Counted from the stretch's first letter, positions 21,743 to 33,776 are shown. The stretch: DNA of 64,000 nt from an uncultured Alphaproteobacteria bacterium (GCA_963721025.1 CAVRHN010000014.1:87835-151834); one strand, 5' to 3'. The notes: generated by a model not told the origin, from the letters alone. Numbers and translations are program-made.

Positions 21743-22354
21743 CTAATCCGGAATGGGATGAAATTCGCCGTCCTCGCCCAGACGCTCCAAAATGCCGGAG
21801 CGGATATCGAAAAAGCAGCCGTGGAGCGTCAGCGCTTTGGCCGCCACCGCCTCTTTGATCCAGGGAAACGTCATCAAGTTCTCCAGCGACAGGCGGACCG
21901 ATTCATGCTCGCAGACGTCTTGTTGCTTCTCCGGCGGCGCGGCCATTGCGCGCTGGCGCGCCCGTTCCGCCAAGCGCACCCACGGACCGACAAAGTCGGA
22001 AACCTCCGGCGGCGCGCCGTGGAGCAGCGCCTGGATGCCGCCGCACATGGCGTGGCCCATGATCACGATCTCGCGCACCCGCAGCGACCGTACCGCGAAT
22101 TCGATCGCCGAACTCACGCCATGCGGCCGGTCGTCGGGACCGTAGGGCGGCGCCAGATTGGCGACGTTGCGGATGACGAACAGCTCGCCGGGCGCGGCGT
22201 TGAACACCATCTGCGGATCGGTACGGCTGTCCGAGCAGGCGATGACCAGCGCCGGCGGGTGCTGGCCGAGGCGGCTCAATTCCTCGAACCGGGCGCGTTC
22301 GGCACGCCAGGTGCCGGCGCGAAAGCGGCGATAGCCTGCGATCAGGTCGTCCAT
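21743..22354 (-). CDS. can: Beta-class carbonic anhydrase
   Basis: Zinc-ligand motifs CSDSR and HAMCGG. ATG at 22354; the TTG at 22357 is the alternative start. Confidence 0.9.
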   Translation of the reverse strand: MDDLIAGYRRFRAGTWRAERARFEELSRLGQHPPALVIACSDSRTDPQMVFNAAPGELFVIRNVANLAPPYGPDDRPHGVSSAIEFAVRSLRVREIVIMGHAMCGGIQALLHGAPPEVSDFVGPWVRLAERARQRAMAAPPEKQQDVCEHESVRLSLENLMTFPWIKEAVAAKALTLHGCFFDIRSGILERLGEDGEFHPIPD

Positions 22355-22427
22355 CAAGAAAAGCCTACCGTCTGACGATCCGATCGCGGACTACACTTCC
22401 AAGACGCAATGGCAAAGCCGGCAACGA

Positions 22428-23882
22428 CTACACCAGCATCATCACTGGGTTCTCGATCAGTGCCTTAAACGCGCCGATCAATTGGGCGCCGAGCGCACCG
22501 TCGACTGAGCGGTGATCGCAGGACATGGTCACGCTCATGATCGGCGCTGCCTCGATCTTGCCGTTGCGTACCACCGCACGCTCTTCGCCGGTACCGACGG
22601 CGAGAATCGTCGACTGCGGCGGGTTGATCACGGCGGTGAAATCCTTGATGCCGTACATGCCGAGGTTGGAAACCGACGATGTGCCGCCCTGATATTCCTG
22701 CGGCTTGAGCTTTCTCGCCCGCGCCCGCGCCGCCAGATCCTTCATCTCGTTGGAGATCGCTGCCAGCGATTTCACTTCGGCGTTGCGGATGATCGGCGTG
22801 ATCAAGCCGGCCGGCAGCGCCACTGCGACGCCGATGTCGGAATGCTTGTGTTTGAGCAGACCGGCCTCGGTCCAGCTGACATTGGCGTCCGGCACGCGCT
22901 GCAAAGCAAGCGCCAAAGCCTTGATGACGAAGTCGTTGACCGAGAGCTTATAGGCCGGTTTGCCGTCCTTATCCTTCGGCGCCGCGACGTTGATCTCCTC
23001 GCGGGCGGCGACAAGCTTGCCGATGTCGCAGTCGACGGTGAGATAGAAATGCGGAATGGTCTGGATCGAGGCGGTGAGCCGCTGCGCGATGGTGCGGCGC
23101 ATATTATCGTGCGGGATGAGCTCGTAGCTGCCGTCTTCGTAGAGCGCGCGGATTTGCTGGTCCGACATCAACGGCGCAATCGCGGGAGCGCCCGCAGCCG
23201 CCGGCACTGCGTTCGGCGCCGCTCCCGGTGCGCGCAGGCCCTTGCCTTCTTTCGCCGCCGCCACATCGCGGGCAATCACGCGGCCATGCGGGCCAGAACC
23301 GGCGATGCGGGCGATCTCGATGCCGGCTTCCTTCGCCAGCCGCCGCGCCAGCGGCGAAGAGAAAATGCGGGCGGCGGCGTGGCCGTTGATCTGAGCCCCC
23401 TCACCCGCCGCGCGGATCTTGTCATCGGGCCGGCCACTTCGGGCCGGACCCGTTGACGCGGCGACCTCTCCCGCCGGGGGAGAGGTGGGTTTGGGACCCG
23501 GCGGCACGCTCGGCGTGACTCCCTCTCCCCTGGTGGGAGAGGGTTGGGGTGAGGGGGGTCCGGCGCTGGTCGGCTTCGCAGCTGGAGTCCCCTTCCCTGC
23601 TGCCGCTGCCGCTGCCGCTGCCGCTGCCTTCGGGTCCTCACCCTCTTGCACCAGCACGGCGATGAGCTGGTTGACCGGCACATCGTTGGTACCTTCCGGC
23701 ACCACGATTTTCGCCAGCACGCCGTCATCGACGGATTCGACCTCCATCGTCGCTTTATCGGTCTCGATCTCGGCGATCACGTCGCCGGTCTTGACCGCTT
23801 CGCCTTCCTTCTTGAGCCATTTGGCGAGGTTGCCCTTCTCCATCGTGGGCGACAGCGCCGGCATGAGGATGTTGATGGGCAT
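22428..23882 (-). CDS. pdhC: Pyruvate dehydrogenase E2 (dihydrolipoyllysine acetyltransferase)
   Basis: N-terminal lipoyl domain ([11 protein letters not shown]), PSBD (SSPLARRLAKEAGIEI) and catalytic DHRSVDG motif. 484 aa, with an unusually long linker. Confidence 0.93.
   Translation of the reverse strand: MPINILMPALSPTMEKGNLAKWLKKEGEAVKTGDVIAEIETDKATMEVESVDDGVLAKIVVPEGTNDVPVNQLIAVLVQEGEDPKAAAAAAAAAAGKGTPAAKPTSAGPPSPQPSPTRGEGVTPSVPPGPKPTSPPAGEVAASTGPARSGRPDDKIRAAGEGAQINGHAAARIFSSPLARRLAKEAGIEIARIAGSGPHGRVIARDVAAAKEGKGLRAPGAAPNAVPAAAGAPAIAPLMSDQQIRALYEDGSYELIPHDNMRRTIAQRLTASIQTIPHFYLTVDCDIGKLVAAREEINVAAPKDKDGKPAYKLSVNDFVIKALALALQRVPDANVSWTEAGLLKHKHSDIGVAVALPAGLITPIIRNAEVKSLAAISNEMKDLAARARARKLKPQEYQGGTSSVSNLGMYGIKDFTAVINPPQSTILAVGTGEERAVVRNGKIEAAPIMSVTMSCDHRSVDGALGAQLIGAFKALIENPVMMLV
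23396..23558. repeat. Two inverted copies of the hairpin/GGGTGAGGGG repeat unit, embedded in the pdhC linker coding region
   Basis: CCCCCTCACCC...CCTCTCCCGCCGGGGGAGAGG...CCCTCTCCCCTGGTGGGAGAGGGTTGGGGTGAGGGGGG. Same unit as the DUF559 flanks. Translated in the pdhC frame as PSPQPSPTRGEG...PPAGEV. Confidence 0.8.
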
Positions 23883-23905
23883 CGCGCGAAAGTTTCACCA
23901 CATAA

Positions 23906-25345
23906 TCAGCGGTAGCAGACGGCTTTTGCCGCCTCGACTACTTCGGTGACCGACAGCAGCGCCAGCTTTTCCAGATTAGCCGCATAAGGCATCGGCACAT
24001 CCTTGCCGGTCACCCGCATCACCGGCGCGTCGAGGTAGTCGAAGGCTTCTTCCATGACGCGCGCGGAAATCTCGGCGCCGACGCCGGACTGCTTCCAGCC
24101 TTCTTCCACGGTGACCAGGCGCCCGGTTTTTTTCACCGACTCGACAACGGTCTCGCTATCCATCGGCTTGAGCGTGCGCAGATCGATCACCTCGGCGTTG
24201 ATATTGTCTTTCATCAATTCGTCGGCGGCCTTGAGCGCGTAGGTCATGCCCATTGACCAGGCGACCAGCGTCACGTCGCTACCGGCGCGCACCACCCGCG
24301 CGCGGCCGATCGGCAGCACGTAATCGTCGAGCTTCGGCACCGGCGAGGACACGCCGTAGAGGATTTCGTTCTCCAGGAAGATCACCGGACTAGGGTCGCG
24401 GATCGCGGCCTTGAGCAATCCCTTGGCATCGGCGGCGGTCGAGGGCGCGATCACTTTCAGGCCGGGAACATGCGAATACCAGGATGAATAATCCTGGCTG
24501 TGCTGGGCGGCGACGCGGGCGGCGGGACCGTTCGGTCCACGAAAGACGATCGACACGTCGGCCTGGCCGCCGGTCATGTAGTGCGTCTTCGCCGCGGAAT
24601 TGATGAGGTGGTCCATCGCCTGCATGGCAAAATTCCAGGTCATGAACTCGACGATGGGCTTTAATCCGGCGAATGCGGCGCCGACGCCGAGGCCGGCAAA
24701 GGCATGCTCGGTGATCGGCGTATCGATGACGCGCCGCGCGCCGAACTCCTGCAGCAGGCCCTGCGTCACCTTGTAGGCGCCTTGATATTCGGCGACTTCC
24801 TCGCCGATCACGAACACGTCGCCGTCGCGGCGCATTTCCTCGGCCATGGCGTCGCGCAACGCCTCGCGCATAGTCATGGTGACCATCTCGGTGCCTTCCG
24901 GCACCTCAGGCTCGGGCATCGCCTGAGCCGACGGCGGCGTTACAGTTCCGGTTTTCGCCGGCGCCGGGGCTTCGGCTTTCTTCGCCGGCTCCTCCTTCTC
25001 CGCGGGCAGCGCGGATTCCGCGGCCTTTTGTTCTCGCGCCGGTTGGGTGGCGGCGGTACCTGCCGTTGCCGACTTGCCGTCCTTGAGCGCGGCTTTGTCC
25101 TCGCCCTCGGCGAGGATCATGGCGATCGGCGTATTGACCGCGACATCGTTGGTGCCTTCCGGCACCAGAATCTTCCCCAGCGTGCCCTCGTCGACCGCTT
25201 CCACCTCCATGGTGGCCTTGTCGGTTTCAATTTCCGCGATGACATCGCCGGACTTGACGGGGTCGCCCTCCTTCTTGAGCCACTTCGCAAGATTGCCCTT
25301 CTCCATGGTGGGGGAGAGCGCGGGCATGAGGACCTGAATCGGCAT
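23906..25345 (-). CDS. pdhB: Pyruvate dehydrogenase E1 beta subunit with N-terminal lipoyl domain
   Basis: Lipoyl domain ([11 protein letters not shown]), Ala/Pro linker and a transketolase-like beta-subunit body. 479 aa. Confidence 0.93.
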   Translation of the reverse strand: MPIQVLMPALSPTMEKGNLAKWLKKEGDPVKSGDVIAEIETDKATMEVEAVDEGTLGKILVPEGTNDVAVNTPIAMILAEGEDKAALKDGKSATAGTAATQPAREQKAAESALPAEKEEPAKKAEAPAPAKTGTVTPPSAQAMPEPEVPEGTEMVTMTMREALRDAMAEEMRRDGDVFVIGEEVAEYQGAYKVTQGLLQEFGARRVIDTPITEHAFAGLGVGAAFAGLKPIVEFMTWNFAMQAMDHLINSAAKTHYMTGGQADVSIVFRGPNGPAARVAAQHSQDYSSWYSHVPGLKVIAPSTAADAKGLLKAAIRDPSPVIFLENEILYGVSSPVPKLDDYVLPIGRARVVRAGSDVTLVAWSMGMTYALKAADELMKDNINAEVIDLRTLKPMDSETVVESVKKTGRLVTVEEGWKQSGVGAEISARVMEEAFDYLDAPVMRVTGKDVPMPYAANLEKLALLSVTEVVEAAKAVCYR

Positions 25346-25413
25346 GGCGGGCTAACTCGTCGAATCGTCACGCCGGAGGAAATCGCGGGCGCGGCGCACA
25401 GGCATGATCGCTG

Positions 25414-26457
25414 TCACCGGTACACGTCCGTGTAAAGTTCCGCGGGATCGGGCTCGGGATCGTTGGTCGCAAACTCGGACGCTTCGTTGACGACGGCGCG
25501 CACCCCGGCGTCGATCTTCTTCAGTTCGTCCTCGGTCGCCCATTGCTTGGCCAGCAGCCGCGCGCGCACCTGCTCGATCGGATCGTGTTCGGTGCGGACT
25601 TTGTCGACCTCTTCCTTGCTCCGGTATTTTGCCGGATCGGACATCGAGTGCCCGCGATAACGGTAGGTCATCATTTCGACGATGGTCGGGCCGTTGCCGG
25701 CGCGGCACCAGGCGATCGCCTCGTCGCCGGCCGCCTTGACCGCGCGCACGTCCATGCCGTCGACCTCTCTCCCGGGGATGTTGAAGGACAGTCCGCGTTT
25801 GGAGAGATCGGTTTGCGCCGACGAGCGCGTCACTGATGTGCCCATGGCGTAGCGGTTGTTCTCGATGACGTAGACCACGGGAAGCTTCCACAGCTCTGCC
25901 ATGTTGAAGCTCTCGTAGACTTGGCCCTGGTTCGCGGCGCCGTCGCCGAAATAGGTCAGGCACACGCTGTCGTTGCCGCGATATTTGTTGGCGAAGGCGA
26001 GCCCGGTGCCGAGCGGAACCGGCGCGCCGACGATGCCATGCCCGCCATAAAAATTCTTCTCGCGGGAGAACATGTGCATCGAGCCGCCTTTGCCCTTGGA
26101 ATAGCCGCCGCGCCGCCCGGTGAGCTCCGCCATCACGCCCTTCGGATCCATGCCGCAGGCCAGCATGTGACCGTGATCGCGATAGCCGGTGATCATCTGG
26201 TCGCGGTCGCGTTTGGCCATCTGCATGCCGACGACGACGGCCTCCTGGCCGATATAGAGGTGGCAGAACCCCCCGATCAGCCCCATGCCATACATCTGAC
26301 CGGCCTTCTCCTCGAAACGCCGGATCAGCAGCATCTGGCGCAGCGCCTGGAACTCCTCTTCCTTGGTGAATTCCGCGGCCCGGCTTGCCTGGCTAGCCGC
26401 GCCTGGGCGGCGTTCATCCGCGATTTGATCCGCGTCTTTGGTTTTGGCGACTGCCAT
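25414..26457 (-). CDS. pdhA: Pyruvate dehydrogenase E1 alpha subunit
   Basis: TPP-binding pattern GDGAANQGQVYES. Start placed at the internal ATG (MAVAKTKD). Confidence 0.92.
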   Translation of the reverse strand: MAVAKTKDADQIADERRPGAASQASRAAEFTKEEEFQALRQMLLIRRFEEKAGQMYGMGLIGGFCHLYIGQEAVVVGMQMAKRDRDQMITGYRDHGHMLACGMDPKGVMAELTGRRGGYSKGKGGSMHMFSREKNFYGGHGIVGAPVPLGTGLAFANKYRGNDSVCLTYFGDGAANQGQVYESFNMAELWKLPVVYVIENNRYAMGTSVTRSSAQTDLSKRGLSFNIPGREVDGMDVRAVKAAGDEAIAWCRAGNGPTIVEMMTYRYRGHSMSDPAKYRSKEEVDKVRTEHDPIEQVRARLLAKQWATEDELKKIDAGVRAVVNEASEFATNDPEPDPAELYTDVYR

Positions 26458-26563
26458 CAGCGTCCTCGAGACATCGCGGGTTTCCTCCCATAGCCGAAAT
26501 CCGGCGATGGCGAAAGTCGCCGTCCGGCGACCGGTTCCTGGCGCCAAACCGTTGGCAATAAAG

Positions 26564-26932
26564 TTATTTCGGCAAGGGACCCGGAGAGGTCAAGGCCCGG
26601 CGTCCGCCGGCCGCCGGGGGCGTGTCGAACATCAATGTCAAATCATTGGGATGCACGTAGTCGAGGAGCGCCCGGGCCCGTTCGTCGAGCATGTCGGGAT
26701 CAAGCCCGCTCGACTTGAGCAGCGCCACACGGCGTTGCCATTGGGCGCGCTCGATTTGCAGCCGGCCGAGCTCGGTAGAGAGCGACGCAATCTGCCGGTC
26801 GATGTCCTGCTTCGCCTTCAGCCCGTGATTGCCGCTGAACGCATTCACGCCAAAATAGCCGATCAGCAAGGCCGCCGTGACGTAGAGGCCGAGCGCGGTG
26901 AGGATCGAGCGAAAACGCTTGCGTGTAACCAT
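26564..26932 (-). CDS. ftsB: Septum formation initiator (FtsB/DivIC-like)
   Basis: Single N-terminal TM helix plus a coiled-coil. Conserved position between eno and pdhA. Confidence 0.8.
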   Translation of the reverse strand: MVTRKRFRSILTALGLYVTAALLIGYFGVNAFSGNHGLKAKQDIDRQIASLSTELGRLQIERAQWQRRVALLKSSGLDPDMLDERARALLDYVHPNDLTLMFDTPPAAGGRRALTSPGPLPK

Positions 26933-27006
26933 GCCGCAAGCATGCGAGGACGCCGCTTAAAGCGACCTTAATGGCCGAGGCGCGGTCGGCACCAAACTTG
27001 TCGCCG

Positions 27007-28870
<1,864 letters not shown>

Positions 28871-28881
28871 AGGTTTTAGTG

Positions 28882-28930
28882 GCGCATGATCTTTTCCGAA
28901 AACCGGTGGCCACTTTTCGGGATCATGCGC
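28882..28930. repeat. Palindromic intergenic element GCGCATGATC...GATCATGCGC (copy 1)
   Basis: 49-bp imperfect palindrome between convergent queF and thiE. Its right arm abuts the thiE stop codon. Related copies at 47364..47411 and 59187..59260. Confidence 0.85.
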
Positions 28931-29569
28931 TCACGCTCTGATAGCGAGCGAGCCTTGCAGGGTGGCGACGAGCGCCCTCACCTCTTGTGCCGGATCGGCT
29001 GCGCGCATCACGCCGCCCATGACCGCGACCCCGGCTGCGCCCGCGGCGACAAGGTCACCAACCCGCACCGTATTGACGCCCCCGATCGCCAGCACCGGCA
29101 CGCACGCGGCGCGCGCAATCTCGGCCAGACCCTTGCGGCCGATCTCGGGGCCATAACCCGGCTTACTGGCCGTCTCGAAGGCCGGACCCGCCAGCGCATA
29201 GTCGGCGAAGGCCGGAGCGATCGCCTCCGCTTCATTCACGGTATGGATGGAAACACCGACGAGCTTGCCAGGACCAAGGAGCCGGCGAGCCGCTGCGGCA
29301 TCGCTACCCGCCGGCAGATGCACGCCATCGGCACCGGCCGCCTTCGCCAGCGCCGCCTCGCCATGCACCATAAGGGTCGCGCCCTGCGCATGCGCCATGC
29401 GCGCGAGCGCCTGCGCCAGCAGGACTTGTTCGTCTCGCGGCAAATCCTTTTCGCGCAGGCTCACCCAGCGGCACCCCGCCTCAAGCGCGGCCGCTACGAT
29501 TCTCGTCAGCGGCTGCCGCGCCTGCCGGCGGTCGGTCACCAAAAGCAGCGGCGGGTCGGGAAGCTGCAT
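28931..29569 (-). CDS. thiE: Thiamine-phosphate synthase
   Basis: TIM-barrel ThiE pattern (LLLVTDRR..., GADGVHL, AIGGV). Start placed at the internal ATG (MQLPDPPLL), giving 212 aa. Confidence 0.85.
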   Translation of the reverse strand: MQLPDPPLLLVTDRRQARQPLTRIVAAALEAGCRWVSLREKDLPRDEQVLLAQALARMAHAQGATLMVHGEAALAKAAGADGVHLPAGSDAAAARRLLGPGKLVGVSIHTVNEAEAIAPAFADYALAGPAFETASKPGYGPEIGRKGLAEIARAACVPVLAIGGVNTVRVGDLVAAGAAGVAVMGGVMRAADPAQEVRALVATLQGSLAIRA

Positions 29570-29693
29570 TCGAACGAAGCTATCGCCACGGGCGCGGCTT
29601 GAATACTGCCTCCGCGCTTGCCACTTCGGTAAGACTCCCGCCGCCGGCGCCTTGAATTTAGCGGCAAGCCGCGCCAGGAAGCCTTCGAGACCC

Positions 29694-31031
29694 TTGATAA
29701 ATCGCCCTCCCCGCATCTCTTTCGTATCGCTTGGCTGCCCGAAGGCGCTGGTCGATTCCGAGCGCATCGTCACCCGGCTGCGCGCGGAGGGTTATGAGCT
29801 GTCCCGCGACCACGCCGACGCCGACGTCGCCATCGTCAATACCTGCGGATTCCTTGACAGCGCGCAGGCGGAATCGCTGGCCGCCATCGGCGCGGCGCTG
29901 GCGGAGAACGGCAAAGTCGTCGTCACCGGCTGCATGGGCGCCGAACCGCAAAAAATCACCGCGGTGCATCCGAAGGTGCTGGCGGTGACCGGACCGCAGC
30001 AATATGAGAGCGTGCTGGCCGCGGTCCATCGTGCCGTTCCGCCGCAGCACGATCCGCATTTTGATCTGATTCCGCCAGAGGGCATCAAGCTAACGCCCCG
30101 CCACTATGCTTACCTCAAGATTTCAGAGGGTTGTAACAATCGCTGCACGTTCTGCATCATCCCTTGGCTGCGCGGCAACCTGGTCTCGCGGCCGGCCGCC
30201 GATGTCTTGCGCGAGGCTGAGCGGCTCGTCGCCGCGGGCGTCAAGGAGCTGCTGGTCATTTCCCAGGACACGTCCGCCTATGGCGTCGATCTGAAGTACG
30301 CCGCCAGCGTATGGCAGGGCGGCGAGGTGCGGGCAAAATTCATTGACCTCGTGCGCGCGCTCGGCGAGTTCGGCGTCTGGGTCCGCCTGCACTATGTCTA
30401 TCCCTACCCGCACGTCGACGAGGTGATTCCGCTGATGGCGGAGGGCAAGGTGCTGCACTACCTTGACGTGCCGTTCCAGCACGCCAGTCCCGCCGTGCTC
30501 AAACGCATGCGCCGGCCGGCGGCGCAAGAAGAAACGCTGGAACGGATCCGGCGGTGGCGGGCGGGTTGCCCCAGCCTGACGCTGCGCTCGAGCTTCATCG
30601 TCGGCTTTCCCGGCGAGACCGAGGCGGATTTTTCCCTGCTGCTCGATTGGCTCAGCGAGGCCGAGCTCGATCGCGTCGGCTGCTTCCGCTACGAGCCGGT
30701 CGCCGGGGCCGCCGCGAACGATCTCGCTGTGCCGGTACCCGAGGCGGTCAAGCAGGAGCGCTATCAGCGCTTGATGCAGCAGCAGCAGGAGATTTCGCGC
30801 AGACGCCTGCAGCGCAAGGTCGGCGCGCGCGAGCGCGTCATCATCGACGAAGTTGGTCCGCCGGGATCAAGCCCGAGGACCGCCAAGGGCCGCAGTAAGG
30901 GCGATGCGCCGCAGATCGACGGCAGCGTCTACGTGCAAAGCCGCCGGCCACTCCGGGTCGGCGAAATCGCGACGGTGAAAATCGAGCGCGCCGACGCCTA
31001 CGACCTTTACGGCACCGCCGTCGGCTACTGA
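29694..31031 (+). CDS. rimO: Ribosomal protein S12 methylthiotransferase
   Basis: MTTase N-domain ([16 protein letters not shown]), radical-SAM CNNRCTFC and TRAM domain. TTG at 29694 is the only plausible start just before the conserved N-terminus. Confidence 0.88.
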   Translation: MINRPPRISFVSLGCPKALVDSERIVTRLRAEGYELSRDHADADVAIVNTCGFLDSAQAESLAAIGAALAENGKVVVTGCMGAEPQKITAVHPKVLAVTGPQQYESVLAAVHRAVPPQHDPHFDLIPPEGIKLTPRHYAYLKISEGCNNRCTFCIIPWLRGNLVSRPAADVLREAERLVAAGVKELLVISQDTSAYGVDLKYAASVWQGGEVRAKFIDLVRALGEFGVWVRLHYVYPYPHVDEVIPLMAEGKVLHYLDVPFQHASPAVLKRMRRPAAQEETLERIRRWRAGCPSLTLRSSFIVGFPGETEADFSLLLDWLSEAELDRVGCFRYEPVAGAAANDLAVPVPEAVKQERYQRLMQQQQEISRRRLQRKVGARERVIIDEVGPPGSSPRTAKGRSKGDAPQIDGSVYVQSRRPLRVGEIATVKIERADAYDLYGTAVGY

Positions 31032-31107
31032 TCCGCGGCTGCGGCCGCGCTTGCGCGGCGGCCGGATCGGTTGTTTTCTCTGGTATTGCCGAACATTCGG
31101 CGCTTTC

Positions 31108-31764
31108 ATGCCGGGCACCAGGCGCCGAACCGTGACCGCGATCTTCATCACTGCCACCGGGACCGACGTTGGAAAGACCTTCGTCGTCGCCTCGCTCATC
31201 CGACTGTTGCGGCAAATGGGCCGTACGGTCGACGCCATCAAGCCGATTGTCAGTGGATACGATGCGACGCTGGTGGCGGCCAGCGATCCCGGCATCCTCA
31301 TCGACGCGCTCGGCCTGCCGCTGTCACCGGAGGCGGTCGATCGCATTTCGCCCTGGCGCTTTCGCGCCGCCGTCTCGCCGGACCTGGCGGCGCGGCGCGA
31401 GGGTCGCAGCATCGATGTCGACGCCGTGGTGGCCTATTGCCAAAGCGCGATCGAACGCCGCCGCGATCTCCTGCTGATCGAAGGCGTCGGCGGCATCATG
31501 GTGCCGCTCGACGAGCGCCGCACCATCCTCGACGTCATGATGGCGCTGCGCGTGCCGCTCATTCTGGTTACCGGCTCTTATCGCGGTACCATCAGCCATA
31601 CGCTGACCGCGCTCAACTCGCTGTTCCGGCGCGACTTGAACGTTCTCGCGACCATCGTCAGCGAGACCGCCGGCAGCAACGTGTCGCTCGGCGACGTGGT
31701 TGCCACGATCGCGCGTTTCACCGAGCCGGTGATCGGATTGCCGCGGCCGCGTCGCCAGGGTTGA
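31108..31764 (+). CDS. bioD: Dethiobiotin synthetase
   Basis: P-loop FITATGTDVGKT and EGVGG motif. 218 aa. Confidence 0.85.
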   Translation: MPGTRRRTVTAIFITATGTDVGKTFVVASLIRLLRQMGRTVDAIKPIVSGYDATLVAASDPGILIDALGLPLSPEAVDRISPWRFRAAVSPDLAARREGRSIDVDAVVAYCQSAIERRRDLLLIEGVGGIMVPLDERRTILDVMMALRVPLILVTGSYRGTISHTLTALNSLFRRDLNVLATIVSETAGSNVSLGDVVATIARFTEPVIGLPRPRRQG

Positions 31765-31786
31765 CGGCGCCCGCCGCGCCGATCGC

Positions 31787-32494
31787 TCAGGAGAAAAACC
31801 GGACCTGCAGCACGGTTTCCAGCGTGCCCTCGAGATTGAACAACGCGTGCAGCGCAAACGTCAATAGCGTCGATCCGCTGCGCCAGCGCATCCAGCCGAG
31901 GAACAGGCCGATGACGAAGATCTGCAGCACGCCGGCCCAGTCGTATTGGACGTGGAGCGCCGCCCACAATATCGAGATCGCCACGATGGCCGGCCACGCC
32001 GAACGGTCGGAACGGGCCCAGCCGCGGAAAAGGAATCCGCGGAACATGATCTCCTCGCCGGCCGGCGCCACGATGATGGCACCGGCGAGCAGCGCCGGAA
32101 GCCATCCCTCGGCGGCGGCCGTGGTGTAGGACTGCAGCTGAAACGGCGAGACCAGCGCACGTCCGCTGAGATAAAGCAGCGCGTCGCCGATCGCGATCAG
32201 GCCGACCAGCCCGAGGATTCCAACAGTCAGGGAACCCGCGCGCGGTAACCCGAGTGCCAGATAATCGGCTTGGGAGCGCCCGGCGAGCCAAACGGCAAGA
32301 CCGATCACGGCGATCATGATCGGATTGGCGATCATGATGAACAGCGTCACCGCGGCGCCGTCGAACGGCGTTGCGAGCAGCGAGTTCAAATCGCCGATCT
32401 GCAGCCACAGCAACACCGCCAGCGCGATAAATTGGCCGACGAGGAAGCCGAGTAACGCCCAGCCGAGCGTGGCCCAATAGCCCCAAATCCTCAT
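31787..32494 (-). CDS. CPBP-family intramembrane glutamic endopeptidase
   Basis: Motifs EEIMFRGFLF and FALHALFN in a polytopic membrane protein. ATG at 32494 avoids overlap with qor. Confidence 0.8.
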   Translation of the reverse strand: MRIWGYWATLGWALLGFLVGQFIALAVLLWLQIGDLNSLLATPFDGAAVTLFIMIANPIMIAVIGLAVWLAGRSQADYLALGLPRAGSLTVGILGLVGLIAIGDALLYLSGRALVSPFQLQSYTTAAAEGWLPALLAGAIIVAPAGEEIMFRGFLFRGWARSDRSAWPAIVAISILWAALHVQYDWAGVLQIFVIGLFLGWMRWRSGSTLLTFALHALFNLEGTLETVLQVRFFS

Positions 32495-32510
32495 GAATTC
32501 CCGCACGTCC

Positions 32511-33488
32511 TCACGGCAGCAGGATCGAGGCACCGGTGGTGGCGCGCGCTTCGAGATCGCGGTGCGCCTTAGCGGCATCGCGCAGCGGGTATTTCTGATT
32601 GATCGGGATTTTCACCGCGCCGTTGCCCACTACCGCGAACAGGTCGTTGGCGATGGCCAATAAATCCTCGCGCTTGGCGGCATATGTGTTGAGCGTCGGC
32701 CGCGTGGCGAACAGCGAACCCTTGAACTGCAACAAGTTGATATCGAAGCCCTGGATAGGTCCCGAGGAGGCGCCGAAGCTGACAAACATGCCGAGCGGGC
32801 GAATACAATCGAGCGAAGCGGGAAAGGTGTCCTTGCCGATGCTGTCATAAACCACATCGCAGAGCTTGCCGCCGGTGATCTCTTTCACCCGCGCGGCGAA
32901 ATCCTCCTCGCGGTAGAGGATGGTGTGATGGCAGCCGTTCGCACGGGCGAGCGCGGCCTTCTCCTGCGAGCCCGCCGTGCCGATGACGTTGGCGCCGAGA
33001 TAGTTGGCCCATTGGCAGAAAATGAGACCGATGCCACCGGCCGCGGCATGAATCAGCACGTTCATGCCCTTCTCGACCTTGAAGGTTCGGCGCAGGAGAT
33101 ATTCCACCGTCATGCCCTTGAGCATCATGGCGGCGGCCTGCTCGTAGCTGATATTCGCCGGCAGCTTCACCACCCGCTCGGCGGGCACCACGCGTTCCGC
33201 CGTGTAACAGCCAGGGCCGGCGACATAGGCGACGCGATCGCCCACCTTGAATTCGCTGACGCCGGGACCGACCTCGACGACCTCGCCCGCGGCTTCATTG
33301 CCGGGGATAAACGGCAAGCCGCCCGGCGCCGGGTACTGGCCGATGCGGAAATAGATGTCGATGAAATTGACGCCGATGGCATGCTGCTTCACCCGGATCT
33401 GACCCGGCCCAGGAGCAGGAACGGCCACATCCTCGTAGGTCAAGACTTCAGGACCGCCGGTCTTATGAACGCGCACCGCCGCAACCAT
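32511..33488 (-). CDS. qor: NADPH:quinone oxidoreductase (MDR superfamily)
   Basis: Zeta-crystallin-like pattern with nucleotide motif AAAGGIG. 325 aa. Confidence 0.88.
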   Translation of the reverse strand: MVAAVRVHKTGGPEVLTYEDVAVPAPGPGQIRVKQHAIGVNFIDIYFRIGQYPAPGGLPFIPGNEAAGEVVEVGPGVSEFKVGDRVAYVAGPGCYTAERVVPAERVVKLPANISYEQAAAMMLKGMTVEYLLRRTFKVEKGMNVLIHAAAGGIGLIFCQWANYLGANVIGTAGSQEKAALARANGCHHTILYREEDFAARVKEITGGKLCDVVYDSIGKDTFPASLDCIRPLGMFVSFGASSGPIQGFDINLLQFKGSLFATRPTLNTYAAKREDLLAIANDLFAVVGNGAVKIPINQKYPLRDAAKAHRDLEARATTGASILLP

Positions 33489-33776
33489 TTTCTTCTCCTG
33501 TCACTGCTGCTCGCTTCGGGGTGCGCGATCATAGGTAGTCGCCAAGGCAGCGCAAGGCATCAGTCGCCCACGCGCAACGGGTCGACGATCACGGCATAAG
33601 TCGCGATCTTGTGAAGCGAATTGCTGCTGCCGCGCGCTGTCCTTTGCACCTAATTGGCCGGTAATTGCGTATCTTGGCCAAGGAGAGGCCTATTCTCGCT
33701 ATCCAGAACGGCTGCAACCCGAGAACTAATCCGCGAGGATAGGCCGGATATTTTTTCTCGCGGAGAGAGGTCCGCC

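Noticed and set aside
23599-23628. Short tandem repeat, considered as a CRISPR or VNTR-like array
   Set aside because: It is a coding (GCTGCC)x5 poly-Ala tract inside pdhC with no spacers. It is not a CRISPR array. I saw no CRISPR-like repeat-spacer architecture anywhere in the window.
29570-29693. Possible TPP riboswitch upstream of thiE, and possible preQ1 riboswitch upstream of queF (28291..28420)
   Set aside because: I could not find the conserved cores in either leader (the CTGAGA / ACCTGATCTGGATAATGCC-like THI-box, or the preQ1 hairpin with its A-rich tail).
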